NCBI RefSeq assembly: GCF_006345805.1
Contig: NC_043016.1
Span: forward strand, 32,912,115 to 32,976,114
Direction of reading: 5' to 3'
Length of the DNA: 64,000 nucleotides
From: Octopus sinensis
Taxonomy: Eukaryota
A program made the position numbers and the translations under genes. Below the pieces are notes generated by a model. That model saw only the letters and a list, made by a program, of their open reading frames with translations. It searched no databases and was not told where the DNA came from. Below are positions 1 through 13,574 of this stretch, in pieces (position 1 is the stretch's first letter; every line of letters begins with the position of its first letter).

Positions 1-83
1 TTCTGAGTTGTTGGTGTGTCCTACTGGAAGAGTTTTGGTTATTCCAGGGTCTGGGTTGTTCGTACTGGGTGCAATGTTGGTTC

Positions 84-592
84 TGTAGTGACGCTATACA
101 GCGGCACATGCGCGAAGCCCCGGAAGAAGAACCCTTTTGCCTACGTAGCAGTTAGCCGAGGCAAGGGGATCGTAGTAGAACGTTTGACCACTAGCAGCAG
201 TCAGCAGCGACTTGAGACATGGCTATCGAAGGTACAACACGTATATTCTCTCTGTCCGTATTTGATAGCAGTCGGCCGAAGATTTTAACCAAATTGTTGC
301 CGACCACATCATCTTCCCTGTTCCGGACGCCATCTCTGACCAGTGTCGTTTTGCATTTGAACACTTTCTTATTTTACAGCGATAAGGTTCAGCTGAGACA
401 CAACTATACCAAAGGGATGCCAGATACACCAATTATCTGTTACCACATAAGAGAATAAAGTAGATATATATTATTTACGTTTGCGTCTTGTTGTTTCTGA
501 CGGGTAGAGAATCTGGATTATTAAAGCAACGGAAAGTGATTGCTTCTCGCACCCCCAAAAGGTCCAGAGAAGACACTCACAAGTTCGTAACA
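84..592 (+). mobile_element. Solo LTR, Gypsy-type (related to the LTRs at 31363 and 35984)
   Basis: Starts TGTAGTGACGCTAT, ends ...GTAACA, flanked by 4-bp direct repeat GTTC (80-83 and 593-596). The 3' half (AATAAA, tatatat, ttgcgt, gacgggtagagaatctgg, aagcaacggaaa) aligns by eye with the Gypsy LTR 3' half. Confidence 0.8.
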
Positions 593-759
593 GTTCCTTA
601 GAGTGGGTTGGAAACCACAGTCATGGTTTAGAGTTAAATACTTATATGTTGGGAGGGAACTCTGAGTTTTGAACGGTTTGGGTTGGGATCTACAATCATA
701 GTTCAGAGGTAGGTTTCTAAGTGATGGGTAGGATCTCCGATTCTGGAACGGTTCTTGTG

Positions 760-1850
760 TGGGTTGGGGTCTACATTGTCTATCAAACACATGATTGACA
801 AACGGGCACACATATACACACACCATCCTACCAAATTTCTAAAAAAACACACACATATATTTATACCACAATGGACCCTGGGACCATTCAAAAGCAGCCC
901 ACACACAAACACATGTATACATATACACACACAAAGACACATACACTCACACCATATATACGCACACACACAAACACATACTCAATACCAACACACACAA
1001 AACGTATACACACACACACGCCACACAGATACACCCAACAGACATGGACACATATACACACTAATGCACACGCAACACACTAACAAACATTAACCACACA
1101 CATACACACACAAACGAGCACAGATATACACACACCATCCCACCAAATTTTAAAAAACACACATCTCTTTACACCACAATGGACCCTGGGACCAATCAAA
1201 AACAGCCTCCCCCCTCACACACACACAAACACATGTATACACATATATACACACACACTCACACCATATATACGCACACACACAAACACATACGCAATAC
1301 CAACAAATACAAAACGTATATACACACACACACGCCACACAGATACACCCAACTGACATGGACACACATACGAACAAACACATACACACTAATGCACACA
1401 CAACACACTAGCAAACATTAACCATACATATACACACACACACACACAAACGGGCACACATATACACACACCATCGTACCAAATTTTTAAAAACACATCT
1501 ATTTACACCACAGTGGACCCTGGGACCAATCAAAAACAGCCCCCCCCCACACACACACACAAACACATGTATACATATATATACACACACACAAAGGCAC
1601 ACACACACTCACACCATTCTGACCTCCATACAGACACACATATACACAGGCAGCACCATGCCAAATGCCAATCACACACATACATACATATACACACACA
1701 CACAACACCAAGACAATCACACACACGATTGACAAATGGGCACACATATACACACACCATCCTACCAGATTTTATAAACACACAGACACATCTATCCACA
1801 TATGTATATACACACACACAAAGACACACATACTCAAACCATCCTGACCT
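760..1850. repeat. CA-rich degenerate tandem repeat, ~310-330 bp period
   Basis: Recurring tggaccctgggacc motif near 872, 1180 and 1514, embedded in (CA)n/(TA)n tracts. Confidence 0.75.
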
Positions 1851-2563
1851 CTAAAGCCAATCCCCCAAATCATTGATGCTTGAAGGTTCCACATTACTCC
1901 TCCTTCCCCCCACCCAAACACACCTACAGTGTCCCCTGAAATAGATAATATTCTTTTAAGTTAACATGGTGGACAGGTCAGTTTTAGCTTCCATACTATT
2001 ATAATGTAAACATTTTCGAACTCATAATATTCTGTGCTTGTATACCAATATTCCACTGAACTTTTTAATAATTCCTTCTGGAAATTATCTTGAAAATGTA
2101 TAATATATTTGTTGTAATCTTTTGTGCCTAATATTTCAATGAACTTGTTAAACATTTTTATGTTCTTAACAAGCTCTTGTCACCAAAGAATGTATATATA
2201 TATGTATTGTAGTACTCTGTGTCAACCAATATTCTGTGCGTGTTTGAATATACAAATACAATACCAATATCCTACTGAACTTTTTAATAATTCCTTCCGG
2301 AAACTATCCTTCACATGTTCCTGAGAATGATTATTTATGTTGTAATCTTTTGTGCCCAATATTTTTGGGAACTTGTTCAAATTTTTATGTCCTTAACATG
2401 TCCTTGTTACCAAAGACTGTATATATGTAATGTAGCATTTTGTAACAACCAATAATTAACGCAACCAAACTTCTACATGTTACTTTTGACAATCTTTTTC
2501 CAAAGAGTGAAACCGGTAAAGTAAATAAACATCTTTTAAAATTGCATTTCCAAACCTTCTTTC

Positions 2564-2650
<87 letters not shown>

Positions 2651-2829
2651 CGTTTAAATATTTGTTGTGCAAGATTTTTTATGTGAAGTCGTGCGTTGAA
2701 ACAGATATTGTTATATTTAGGAATGGTCATTTTGCCAGTTTAGCCAATAAAAACACATGCACTATATATATATATATTTTTTTTGTACTTGTTTCAGTCA
2801 TTTGACTGCGGCCATGCTGGAGCACTGCC

Positions 2830-2996
2830 TTTAGAGTGGTGAAAGAGTACAGCAGGGATCACCACCTCCTGCCGGAGCCTCGTGGAGCTTTTAGGTGATT
2901 TTTCGCTCAATAAACACACACAACGCCCGGTCTGGGAATCGAAACCGCGATCCTCCGACCGCAAGTCCGCTGCCCTAACCACTAGGCCATTGCGCC
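2830..2996 (-). mobile_element. tRNA-derived SINE head (mirror at ~63098-63265, + strand)
   Basis: Minus strand reads ggcgcaatggcctagtggttagggcagcggac...ggtttcgattccc (A box and B box) followed by non-tRNA body. Confidence 0.7.
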
Positions 2997-3229
2997 ATCA
3001 GTGGTCCTTGTTCTCTTCTTACTTATTTGTGTCTCTCCTTACACAAAAAAGTAAGAAGAAAACAAAGGACCACTGATGCGGTCACATGAGTATGACGAAA
3101 GAACTCTGGCCGAAATAAGATTAAGATTAATGTAAAAAAGAAATAACACTGAAGCAAAGTAACACCAAATATATAGTGCGTGTGTTTTTATTGGCTAAAC
3201 TGGCAAAATGACCATTCCTAAATACGATA

Positions 3230-3300
<71 letters not shown>

Positions 3301-4509
3301 TATATATATTATATATATATATATATATAAATATTTATATATTTATTTATATATATATAAATATTTATATATATATAAATATTTATATATATACTAGCAT
3401 TATATATGTGTACATCTATATATATATACATCTACACATAAAATATAAAATACAAAGTTATATCTTGATATCGCTAGTGATAACAATACTCAAAATGTAT
3501 AACAGACTGGAATTGTAATCCTGCCTCTTGTAATTTGATGAATTGTATCTTGTCCTCCCTCTTGTATAGAAGTGTGGTTACAATCCAGCCTACCTCTACT
3601 TCTGGGGTGGCATTTTAAATTTTTATCCGGGACGTCCTACATCCCAGATATAAAGGTAAAAATAAAATATTTCCACTTTCCAAGGTTCGACTCGAGTACT
3701 CCCTTGCACGCTCTGTTGACTTGAACCTTGCTTCTATTGTGGCAAATTTACTGCCTCTGGTTAGATACTTGATATCTTTCATACTCGCACCAAGACACTT
3801 TTCGATGGTGCTTTCCTTCAGGTGTTCAAATCTTTTTTTTTCTCTACATTGTGTACTTTATAGACAATAGTCTTTTCTTTAATTTAATGGACTACTCCAT
3901 TTCTGCGCACTAATTATATTTTTAATTTATTCCCATTCATGTCAAACCACTTATTCAAGTTCAAGTCATTGATGCAATTTTATACCAATTGCTATTTTTA
4001 CTTTTGTTATGTTACGGTTATATTATACTTTCTTTTGATTTTAATTATTACTTACTACATATAACTCAATTGTTACTATAATCTCTAATTTTTATTGTTA
4101 AAGTGAAAGTATCAGACATAAAATAGAGAAATGTTTTTGTTTCACTTTTAACATGTAATACTGAAACAGTGGAGAAGATATGATATTGCTATGGGCTCGC
4201 CCTAGGCAAGTTGAACATTTTTTTGCTCATGAAACTACATGGATCCTAAGTAAGGCATGTGTAAAATTTGAATGAAATTGGTTGTGTAGTTCTCAAGCTT
4301 TAGGCAAACACACAGACAGACAGATAGACACACATTCTCAGTTTTATATAGAGAGAGATATAACTATAAATATTCATATATATAAATATAAATATTTATA
4401 TATATATAAAAATATAAATATTTATATATATATAAATATAAATATTTATGTATATATATAATATATATATATATATGTATATATGTGTGTGTATATATAT
4501 ATATATATC

Positions 4510-6937
4510 ATTTTAGTTGCCAAGAAATCGTTTATTAAGTTTGATAATAAGTTGTGGATCCGTAAAGATACTCCCAATGAATTTGATGTGCCTATGGGTA
4601 GTTCGGATAGTGCGCAGATAGCCGATTTGGTCGGAATATATATTCTCTACGAATTGTCCGACCAATTCCCGGAGATCGCGGGCGGCCTGTATCGTGACGA
4701 TTGTCTGTTTTACCTGCAAAACACCACGAACAGAATAGTGCAGAAAACTAAGAGCAGGTTAGCTAGGTTTTTTAATAGAATGGGCATGAGTATAGTTTTT
4801 GATAATGAACTCACCAAGGCTAATTTCCTAGACGTTACGCTTAACCTTAATAGCGACTCATACTGCCCTTACCATAAGCCTTTAATTTAGTGAACAAGGA
4901 TAATTGTCGGTCCGGGAGATCTTACACTAACCCAAGACCCGTTATTCATCCGAGAATCACCCACCCGAATGCGAGTGCTGGCGTCCCGACCCATCACACA
5001 GATAGGAATAAGCATATATGGTTTGTAATTCCCTTTGGTAAGCAGATTAGAACTAACCTCCCCCTCATGTTTAGACAAGCCATCGCCAATAACTTCCCCA
5101 GAAATTCCAAATATTACTCCACAGTTAACTCGCATAAAGTTAGGATAGCTTTCTCCAACACTAAAAACCTCGCCCAGATAATCGCATCCCATAATAATAG
5201 GCTACTTACTAAGACCCTATCACCTTTTTCCGGAGGCTCAGCCTCTTCCGCTCCCGGTTTAATGCTCAGTAGGAATAATTATAGTAGTAATAATGATATG
5301 AGAGCCAGTACAGTGACACATAATCTCAGCTCCAGCCAGGGAGTACCCACTAGGGGTATAGTTATAAATAGGGGTGTTGTGGTTGACGGTAACAATGGGA
5401 GTAGGGTAGAGAGCCCCAATAGCATCCCCAGCATCATTTCCCGCAATAGCAGCACCACGGGCACTAGCAATGACAGCACTCTGATAGATAGTGGAGAATC
5501 AGGGGTTATTCCTATAGTTAATAGTGACGTAGTGGAAAATAGAGTAGTAAGCGGCTGCAGTTCTCGGAACGAATATAGTGACAGGAACGCAGTTCTAATT
5601 TCAGAAACTAATCCTAGCAGAATAAGATTCACGTCGGCGAACTCCAAGATCAAAAACGCCGTCTACCAATGCAAGGTTTACACGGACTCAGATGTCTTCA
5701 CTTATGTAGGGGCCTCATCGTCAGGATTGGCTTTGCGAGTCTCCAACCATTACGCAACTTTTCGGGACATGAACAAGCGCCAGACCACGGGACTCAGCAA
5801 GCTAATATGGCGACTGAAGGATACGAACTCAAGCTACAGGCTGGAATGGTCAATTTTGTCGGTGGCCCTCCCATTTGATAGGGGCAGAAGGCAGTGCAAC
5901 CTTTGTGTCTCCGAACTCTTCCATATTTTGTTTGCCAGAGGCCGGATGGTAAACGGACTTTTACAGTCGGCTTTTCGATGCCCCCATTGGCGGCGTTACA
6001 CACTTATCTGGCTTTTAAATAGCGTTTATAAATAATACCGGCACCCATAGCCCTTGGTAACAAATTCTGAAATAGCCTTTAAGATATTTACGATTAACCA
6101 CTGCAAGGGGAATTACTCCTGTAAGATAAACGGGGCTTGGTTTTTTGACAACGGGGGGTTACCTTGACAAGGCAGGCTCAGACGAACACACACACATAAA
6201 ACATATAATATTTTTTTTTTCTCTGCCACCCAACGGTTCTTACTGCAGTAGCCATTGTAGCGGCTTAGCCACTGACAGCCGAGCGATCAAACGCACACAC
6301 GTACACAAAAAATGTTTTCTCCCCTACGCCACCCACACACATATATAGAACAATTCTGAAATAGCCTTTAAGATATTTACGATTAACCACTGCAAGGGGA
6401 ATTACTCCTGTAAGATAAACGGGGCTTGGTTTTTTGACATAGGGGGGTTACATTGACAAGGCAGGCTCAGACGAACACACACACACATAAAACATAATAT
6501 ATATTTTTTTCTGCCACCCAACGGTTCTTACTGCAGTAGCCATTGTGGAGAGCGGCTTAGCCACTGACAGCCGAGCGATCAAACGCACACACGTACACAA
6601 AAAAATGTTTTCTACCCCTACGCCAGCACACACATATATAGAACAATTCTGAAATAGCCTTTAAGATACTTACGATGAACCACTGCAAGGGGAATTACTC
6701 CTGTAAGATAAACGGGGCTTGGTTTTTTGACATCGGGGGGTTACCTTGACAAGGCAGGCTCAGACGAACACACACACACATAAAACATAATATATATTTT
6801 TTTCTGCCACCCAACGGTTCTTACTGCAGTAGCCATTGTGGAGAGCGGCTTAGCCACTGACAGCCGAGCGATCAAACGCACACACGTACACAAAAAATGT
6901 TTTCTACCCCTACGCCAGCACACACATATATAGAACA
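4510..6937 (+). mobile_element. Penelope-like element 1, 5'-truncated, RT fragment + GIY-YIG, with three tandem pseudo-LTR units
   Basis: ORF 4483-4890 has FDVPMGSSDSAQIADLVG and GGLYRDD. ORF 4890-6035 has AVYQCKV..YVGASS..RVSNH..CNLCVSE. ~290-bp units restart at 6061, 6351 and 6643. Confidence 0.88.
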
Positions 6938-6949
6938 GTATACACACAT

Positions 6950-7445
6950 GTCTCTAAGTAGATTTTTTCTCGCCCCTTATAAAACATCCAATATTCCTTA
7001 AATAGTCAGAACTTTATTCTCGGTCACAAAGAACATCTACACACCCTCATCCACATGATTGACCGCTGCCTGACCCGTTAAAATCTTCAGCCACCGGTTC
7101 TCAACATACACTGATAAACAGTTTTGCCATGGGCTCTTAGGAGCCTAGTTCGATTTGTTTTGCTCCGCCTCTGTTCTGTTTTTGTTTTTTCCAACGGATT
7201 TCCTATTTCTTCCTGAAGAGAAAGACACAATATGGTCTCATTATTCAATCGGATTTTGGTAAATTGTGCCTTTCGAAACACGTGTAGATGAAATAAAACG
7301 ATTTCTGTTCAATCTTCGTTCAGCTCCATTTCTTCAATTCACCAATAATATTTTAATTTCAATTATCCGCACCAACGCACGGTTGCAACACCATATGGTT
7401 GTACCTCCAACCGTGCTGTTTTCTGCTGTGATTTTTGCTACCAAG
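6950..7445 (+). promoter_or_regulatory. Candidate promoter / non-coding first exon of the glycosyltransferase gene
   Basis: Non-repetitive, relatively CpG-rich block ending in a donor-like AAG|GTATCG (GT at 7446). Mirrored at ~59009-59510. Link to the gene is inferred only. Confidence 0.3.
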
Positions 7446-7501
7446 GTATCGGTTAAACTTTTGATTAATCTACTACAAGATTATTCATCTTTCTATTTCA
7501 C

Positions 7502-7574
<73 letters not shown>

Positions 7575-7844
7575 ATATTCACATATATATATATATATAT
7601 AAATGTTTACATATATATAAATATTTATATAATATAATATAAATGCGTATATATGTATATAAACATTTATATATGGCACCTTGGCAAGTGTCTGCTATTG
7701 CCTCTGGCTAACTATAGCCTTGTGAGTGGATTTGGTAGACGGAAACTAAAACAGCCCCGTCGTATATATGTATAATTTTATGTATGTGTGTGTATATGTT
7801 TGTGTGTCTGTGTTTGTCCTGCCAACATTGCTTGACAACCGATG

Positions 7845-8453
7845 GTAACTGGTCCTGAAGCGCAATGGCATTGCTGGGATCTTTGGCACTATGCAGTGTT
7901 GACCTGTTCTGGCATTACTGTAGCTTTCAATGTCAAAATTTGGCACAATTCCTTTCAGGATCTTCCAGATGTATATTACTGCATACCTCTCCCTCACCTT
8001 CGCTCCAGAGAGTAGAGTCTTAGCTGTTTCAGCCTTTCCCAGTAGCTTAGCAGTTGCAAAGAGATGATCTTGTTTGTGAATCTTCGTTGGATTGCTTCAA
8101 GGTCCGCTGTGAATTTCACTCTGTTGGGTGACCATAGCTATGAGCAGTAATCCAGGTGGCTGAGGACGAATGTCCGCCAGAGGACCATCATGGTTTCCTT
8201 ATCTCTGGTTCTGAATGTTCTCAGGATCCATGCAGCCAGTCGCCTGCACTTTGTCGACATCCTGGTAATGTGCACTTGGAAAGAGGTATCATCACTCATG
8301 TTGATACCCAGGTCCGTCACTGATTTAGGCCCTGGGATTGAAATTCCCTGTGGGCCAGTGAACCCTGTAAGTTTCATATTGAGTTTTGGATGCCGGTAGC
8401 GCAGGGCTTGGAATATTTCAGCATTAAATTGCATACTATTATCCTCAGCCCAT
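7845..8453 (-). mobile_element. CR1-like LINE fragment (RT C-terminal region)
   Basis: DLGINMSDDTSF..WILRTFRTRD..SHLDYCS and YSLERR.ERY..IYIWKIL motifs; broken ORF. Confidence 0.8.
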
Positions 8454-8559
8454 CAGTAAAATAACAGTGACAAACGAAAAATACACCACCAATAGTTGTT
8501 GCTGACAAACAATGGCAGTAATTTTATTCAGCTGAATGCACATCATTGATTGGTTGAAA

Positions 8560-9081
8560 TTACCGAAATACAACAACTTAAAACGAAATAACTTCTTAAA
8601 TATAAATTTTTCTCAAAAACGCTAACAGTAAAAGATATTTTATATGACACATTCTACCAGTATACGAAGTTTGAAAGTGTTTAGTTACAAAAAATTATTT
8701 TCTAAATCTGCCGGTCAGAAGGTAAAGATGCATTGCTTCCTTAGTATGTAACTCTTCCTTAGTACGTAACTTACACTTTCTGGTATGCGTCTTATATGGA
8801 GTGGTTTCCATTATAATAGACCAGTTTAAGTTGTTATTTCGTGTTTTTAGTTCATTAATGTATGTAGCGAGTGCCATTGAATTTTTTGTTCCTGGATTTG
8901 AGAATGAGCTGATATGCCCCCTATATCTTGTCTTAAAATCGGTTGTGCTCCTTATGTATACCTTGTTTGGTTCATTAATAGTTCCAGAAATTACAAGCTT
9001 TATTCTGCTCCCTTACATTTATATGTTTATTATCTGTGTTCATTATTATTATTATTATTATCATTATTATTATTATTATTA

Positions 9082-9118
<37 letters not shown>

Positions 9119-10036
9119 ATTAAGACTATCTGTATTCCCATTATTCTTAAGCTTAAATTTATTATTCCCTGTGATTTTCGATCCTAGATTTGGCGTAGAT
9201 GAATATGATAGTTTGAGACAGGATCTATTAAAAATGGGGTGGTATTTATGGTCCACAGCAAAGTTCTTGTAAATAACACAAACAAATAATTTAGGGAGGT
9301 TTTTGGCCTGAGGGAGAAAGGTGGGGGTTAAACCAGATAACTTCCCATTTTCTCGCTGTTTTATTTCCAGTTTGCCTATGCTTATTATTGTAACAAGAAC
9401 AGTTAGAATAAATTGGATATCTTCTAAAGTGAGAGGCATCCTGTTGTTCAGAAGGGTTGTTTATGGACAGGGTATCAATGGAAAGAGCTTACCTGATTTG
9501 TATTTGAATAGTGTATTCTTGATATAATATATATTTTACATGAATTCACTATTCTTTAAGGCTGTGTTATAAATAGGCGTCACATTATAGAAAATCTCTT
9601 GGTTTGATGATAGGTTGGAAATTCTAATTGACATTCCCTTGATGACTCCATTAATAATACTTTGGGGATGGTTTGACAATGCATGGTTAAATTTATTTGG
9701 CTTGTAGGGATAAAATAGCCCATTATCTAAGTTTAGTATTACATCTAAGAAGTTAATAATTCTAGTGGTATTTTCAAACATAATCTCTAAATTATCTACT
9801 TTAAAAAATTTGATTAATTTTTTTCTTAATTCTATCTATTGTTTCTCTAGTGAAGAGCCAGATATAGCAAGTAAGGCATCGTCCCTGTATAGACCTCCAC
9901 CGATATTTGGGAACTCATCCCTAATTTTCGAAAGTAGAAATAGGCCCACTATATCAATGATCTGGGTAGAGTCAGAAGAAACCATTGTAACATCGAAGTT
10001 GTCGTGAATGTTACTATGGGTTCAAAGCCTGTTTTT
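8560..10036 (-). mobile_element. Penelope-like element 2, degenerate and 5'-truncated
   Basis: FDVTMVSSDSTQIIDIVG, GGGLYRDDALL, NFLDVILNL, SNHP..I..RISNLSS and GIY-YIG remnants; internal (ATT)n tract. Confidence 0.8.
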
Positions 10037-10374
10037 AATATATATATATATTCTTTTATATAGGGCAGGGTGCAAAATTAGATGGCAACTGGGATAAAAT
10101 GAGTAAATTTTGATTTCTCCTACCTGTTTAAAGTCACTACATTGCAATTATTGCATCGTGTTTAGGAGTAAACATTTGTTAGCATAGTTGTTGAAGTTGA
10201 GAGAGTCTGAAACATAGTCAGGTGACAAGTACTTTTCGTCAAGAAATTTTTCCTCAACTTAAGAGAGCCACTCCAGCAGATTATGAAGAAGCTATAGAGA
10301 ATATTTTATGTTGAGATTGTTTTTTTATTCAAGTTTCATTAATTTCATAACATGTGCCATTTTTCCATGATCCT

Positions 10375-10542
10375 TTCTCTCTTTTACTCTTTTACTTGTT
10401 TCAGTCATTTGACTGCAGCCATGCTGGAGCACCGCTTTTAGTCGAGCCCAGTACTGATTTTATCGGTCTCTTTTGCCGAACCGCTAAGTGACGGGGACGT
10501 AAACACACCAGCATCGGTTGTCAAGCAATGCCAGGGAGACAA

Positions 10543-10579
<37 letters not shown>

Positions 10580-10746
10580 CATATATACAACAGGCTTCTT
10601 TCAGTTTCTGTCTACCAAACCCACTCACAAGGCATTGGTCGGCCCGGGGCTATAGCAGAAGACACTTGCCCAAGATGCCACGCAGTGGGACTGAACCCAG
10701 AACTATGTGGTTGGTTAGCAAGCTACATACCTCACAGCCACTCCTG
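10375..10746 (-). mobile_element. SINE with internal CA/TA microsatellite (mirror ~55695-56062)
   Basis: Shares blocks (tgactgc.gccatgctggagcac, tttgccgaaccgctaag, ctcacaaggc) with copies at ~13995-14390, 17205-17525 and 2785-2830. Confidence 0.7.
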
Positions 10747-12872
10747 CACCATTTTTAATTTCTGTTACATTTCTGATCCTTTTAAGGATGGATATTGATG
10801 TGATGAGTCTTTTTCAAATGTAATTCCTAAGAATTGAAGCAGCAAATTTACTTTATTTTGGCTTACTAATTTTTCCCCAGCTAAAGTTTTCTTTTATTTA
10901 CTCAAAGAGAATGGTGATAATTTTCTGAAATAGTGTTCAGATTATCTTATATTTGTTTTTAATGCATTTAGCGAAGATCATTTGCTTAGCTGATATAGTT
11001 TTTGTAAAGTAGTGAACATTTGTGAAATATATTTTTTCTAAAATTCAGAAGTGCAGTAAAAACTCATTGTGTCCCACCCCCTGTGTGTTTGTGTGTGCAC
11101 GTGTGTGTGCATGTGTGTGTGTGCATATGTGTGTTTTAGGATCAGTGGCATAACTAAGGAGAGTGACCATTCCTGCCAAGCACATTTTTCAAAATTGGCA
11201 CCTTTTATAAGATGTCTTAATCAATGAGATAAAAATTGTTTGGTATGTGTATGGTGCCTTCTTTTCTTTTTATGTGTTCGCTCACCTTGATTTTAGAACC
11301 TAGCTGTGCTCCTGGTTAGGGTTGTCATATCGGAACAAGCAGAACCCAGTATACTTCCACTGTCAATCACTGCAGCCTTCCATGGCCAACATACAGTAGA
11401 AGCTAAAAAAATAAACAAAAAAAAAGAAACAAATTTTCAGAATGAATTATATCAACAAATAAATGTAAGTATATTACCCAAAATGTATCTTCCTAATGCC
11501 CCCCTCTCTCACTCAACAGCCATGTTTCTCTTCTACTATAAGACTCCTGTTTCTGTCCCTCAATACTCACTCCTCTTCAGCTGAGGAATATTGCAAGTTA
11601 CTTAGTGACCTCACTGGTGATGGTGCCACATAAAAAGCACTCAGTACACTTTATAAAGTGGTTGGTGTTAGAAAAGACATCAAACCATAAAAATCATGTC
11701 AAGGCAAACACTAGAGCTTGGTGTAGTCTCCTGTCAAGAACTTTTTCATAAAAACTTTTAAAAATACAAGAAAAAAAAAATCCACTGAATGCCATCTGAT
11801 ACTTTATATAACCTCCATTGGCTTTAATAACTTGTATATATCTTTTTTTCAAAGATATTTTTCTGTAGATCTGATGTTTTCAGCATTGCCTAATTTGGAT
11901 TTTTAAAAGGTGAAGAAGTCACTGCAAGATGTGTCATGAAATTTTTACTATATATGATTAACCTCATAGAATAACCTTCAATACTATTGTTCCTTTCCTT
12001 TGTCCACTGAATTTACATCAGTGAAAAACTCAACTTGTGTTTGCATTTTGGGTTGCTACAGCAAGGAAAAGTTGTGCAATTCTGAACCTCTCTGAGCAGC
12101 ATTCAATATTTGATTTTTCAAAATATTTGGTCCATTTTTTATGTACTAGCAATTTACTGAATTTCTCATCACTCTTGTAATTTTGTAAAACCTACTTCAA
12201 GTTACTAACTCTTCATGTCATTAAACCTCTACTGCTTATCTACCAAATATTTGACACAAAACTCCAATTAAGTATCTTGCTCAAGGTCATCCACTTGAAT
12301 CCCGAAAACACTTTCGTTGGTTTCACCCACTTATCCAATGAATACACTGAACATCTGTTGTAGAAAGTAACTACTTCAGCTCAAAATTTTTTACATTCTT
12401 CTTTATATCATGAGCATTTCTGGCCAGCCAGTCCTTTAGCTTTTGAGGTTGTGAAATTCTGATTCTTTCTTTGTCATCCTCTTTTTCTTCTCTCTTTTTC
12501 TTCCATCTTTCTTCTGTTACTAGAATTTTAACCTTGTCCAATACCTTTCCTCCCTCTTTGTTCTCTTCTGCATGCCTTCACCCCCCCCCCACTCTCAGTC
12601 ACTCTTGATTGAGATAATTTTGTATTCAAGACATTCGAAGTCATGGCCATCTCATCTTTTATTCAAACCTAATGCAGTTGTGGCCTGTGCTTCTGACACA
12701 TAAAAGACACTGAGTGCACTCTATGAAGTGGTTGGCATTAGGAAGGGCATCAGGCCATAGAAACCGAGGCAAAATAGACTGGAATATGGTGCAGCTTTCC
12801 GGCTTACTGATTCCAGTGAAACCATCTAACCCATACCAGCATGGTAAACAGATACTAAATGATGATAATAAT

Positions 12873-13075
12873 ATGTACAGATCGCGTGTGTATTGTTGGC
12901 GATCTTTTTCCTCTGTCATCCCTTCCTTGGATCTTTCCTTTTCCTATGTTTCTGATGAAGAGCTCCACTTGAAACGTTAAATCCTCCTTCTTTCTTTCCT
13001 TTCCTGAGCGTCCAATAACACTATACTTGTTCCACGTCCTCGCGTTGTTGTGTTTTCCATTTTGGATTAATTATA
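12873..13075 (+). mobile_element. Short Penelope-derived repeat with degenerate hammerhead-like core (mirror ~53362-53565)
   Basis: CTGATGA-agagctccactt-GAAACGTT at 12952-12978. Confidence 0.4.
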
Positions 13076-13574
13076 TATATATATATATATGCATACAAGT
13101 ATGTGTGTACATGTACCTGTGTGTGTCTTCTTGCGTGTATCTGTGCATTTGTATGCATGTACATTGGTGTATAGCTATGTGCATCTATCAGAATGTAGTG
13201 GTGTGGTTATTTAAAAACCTTGTCCTCTTTGCCTACCATTTAGATGCAATATCTAGTCACTTGGCTATCTTTCTTCTACTAAGGTCATATAATTTGACTT
13301 AGATCCCACATTTCCAATCAGAGACCGACCCCTATTTTTTATCTACACTGGCTTACATTTCTGAGGAAGTGTCTGTGTCCAACCCCTATCTCTCCTTGTT
13401 TCCCCTGCAACTCTGTTCCCACTGGCCTTTACCTGCACGTTTGTGACCCTGTATGGGTTATATTTATAGAGTGACATCATTTAATTACTGAATACTGAAA
13501 CATACCTAACAGATGTAATAATGGAATACAAAGTTCAAGCCATGGCCTTTTACTATTCAGCTCTTTACCTCTTG

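Noticed and set aside
703-1854. His/Thr- and Cys/Val-rich ORFs
   Set aside because: Translations of (CA)n/(TG)n tandem repeats, not genes. The same applies to the YI, ER, LS and poly-I/Y ORFs at ~2385-2805, 8801-9439, 15091-15474, 19733-20149 and their mirrors.
2920-2996. Possible tRNA gene
   Set aside because: A and B boxes are present, but the sequence continues into a SINE body and I could not form an acceptor stem; treated as a SINE head.
4180-4360. Helitron/Helentron-like non-autonomous end
   Set aside because: It resembles such ends (aaatttgaatgaaattgg, (CAGA)n, ttttatatag), but I could not define the other terminus, so it is not called.
5221-5640. Ser/Asn-rich segment as a captured host domain
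   Set aside because: Low-complexity linker between Penelope RT thumb and GIY-YIG; the other two Penelope elements have Asn-rich sequence at the equivalent place.
6061-6937. CRISPR-like or satellite array
   Set aside because: Units are ~290 bp with no unique spacers and directly follow a Penelope GIY-YIG ORF, so they are pseudo-LTRs. I also found no canonical hammerhead core in them.
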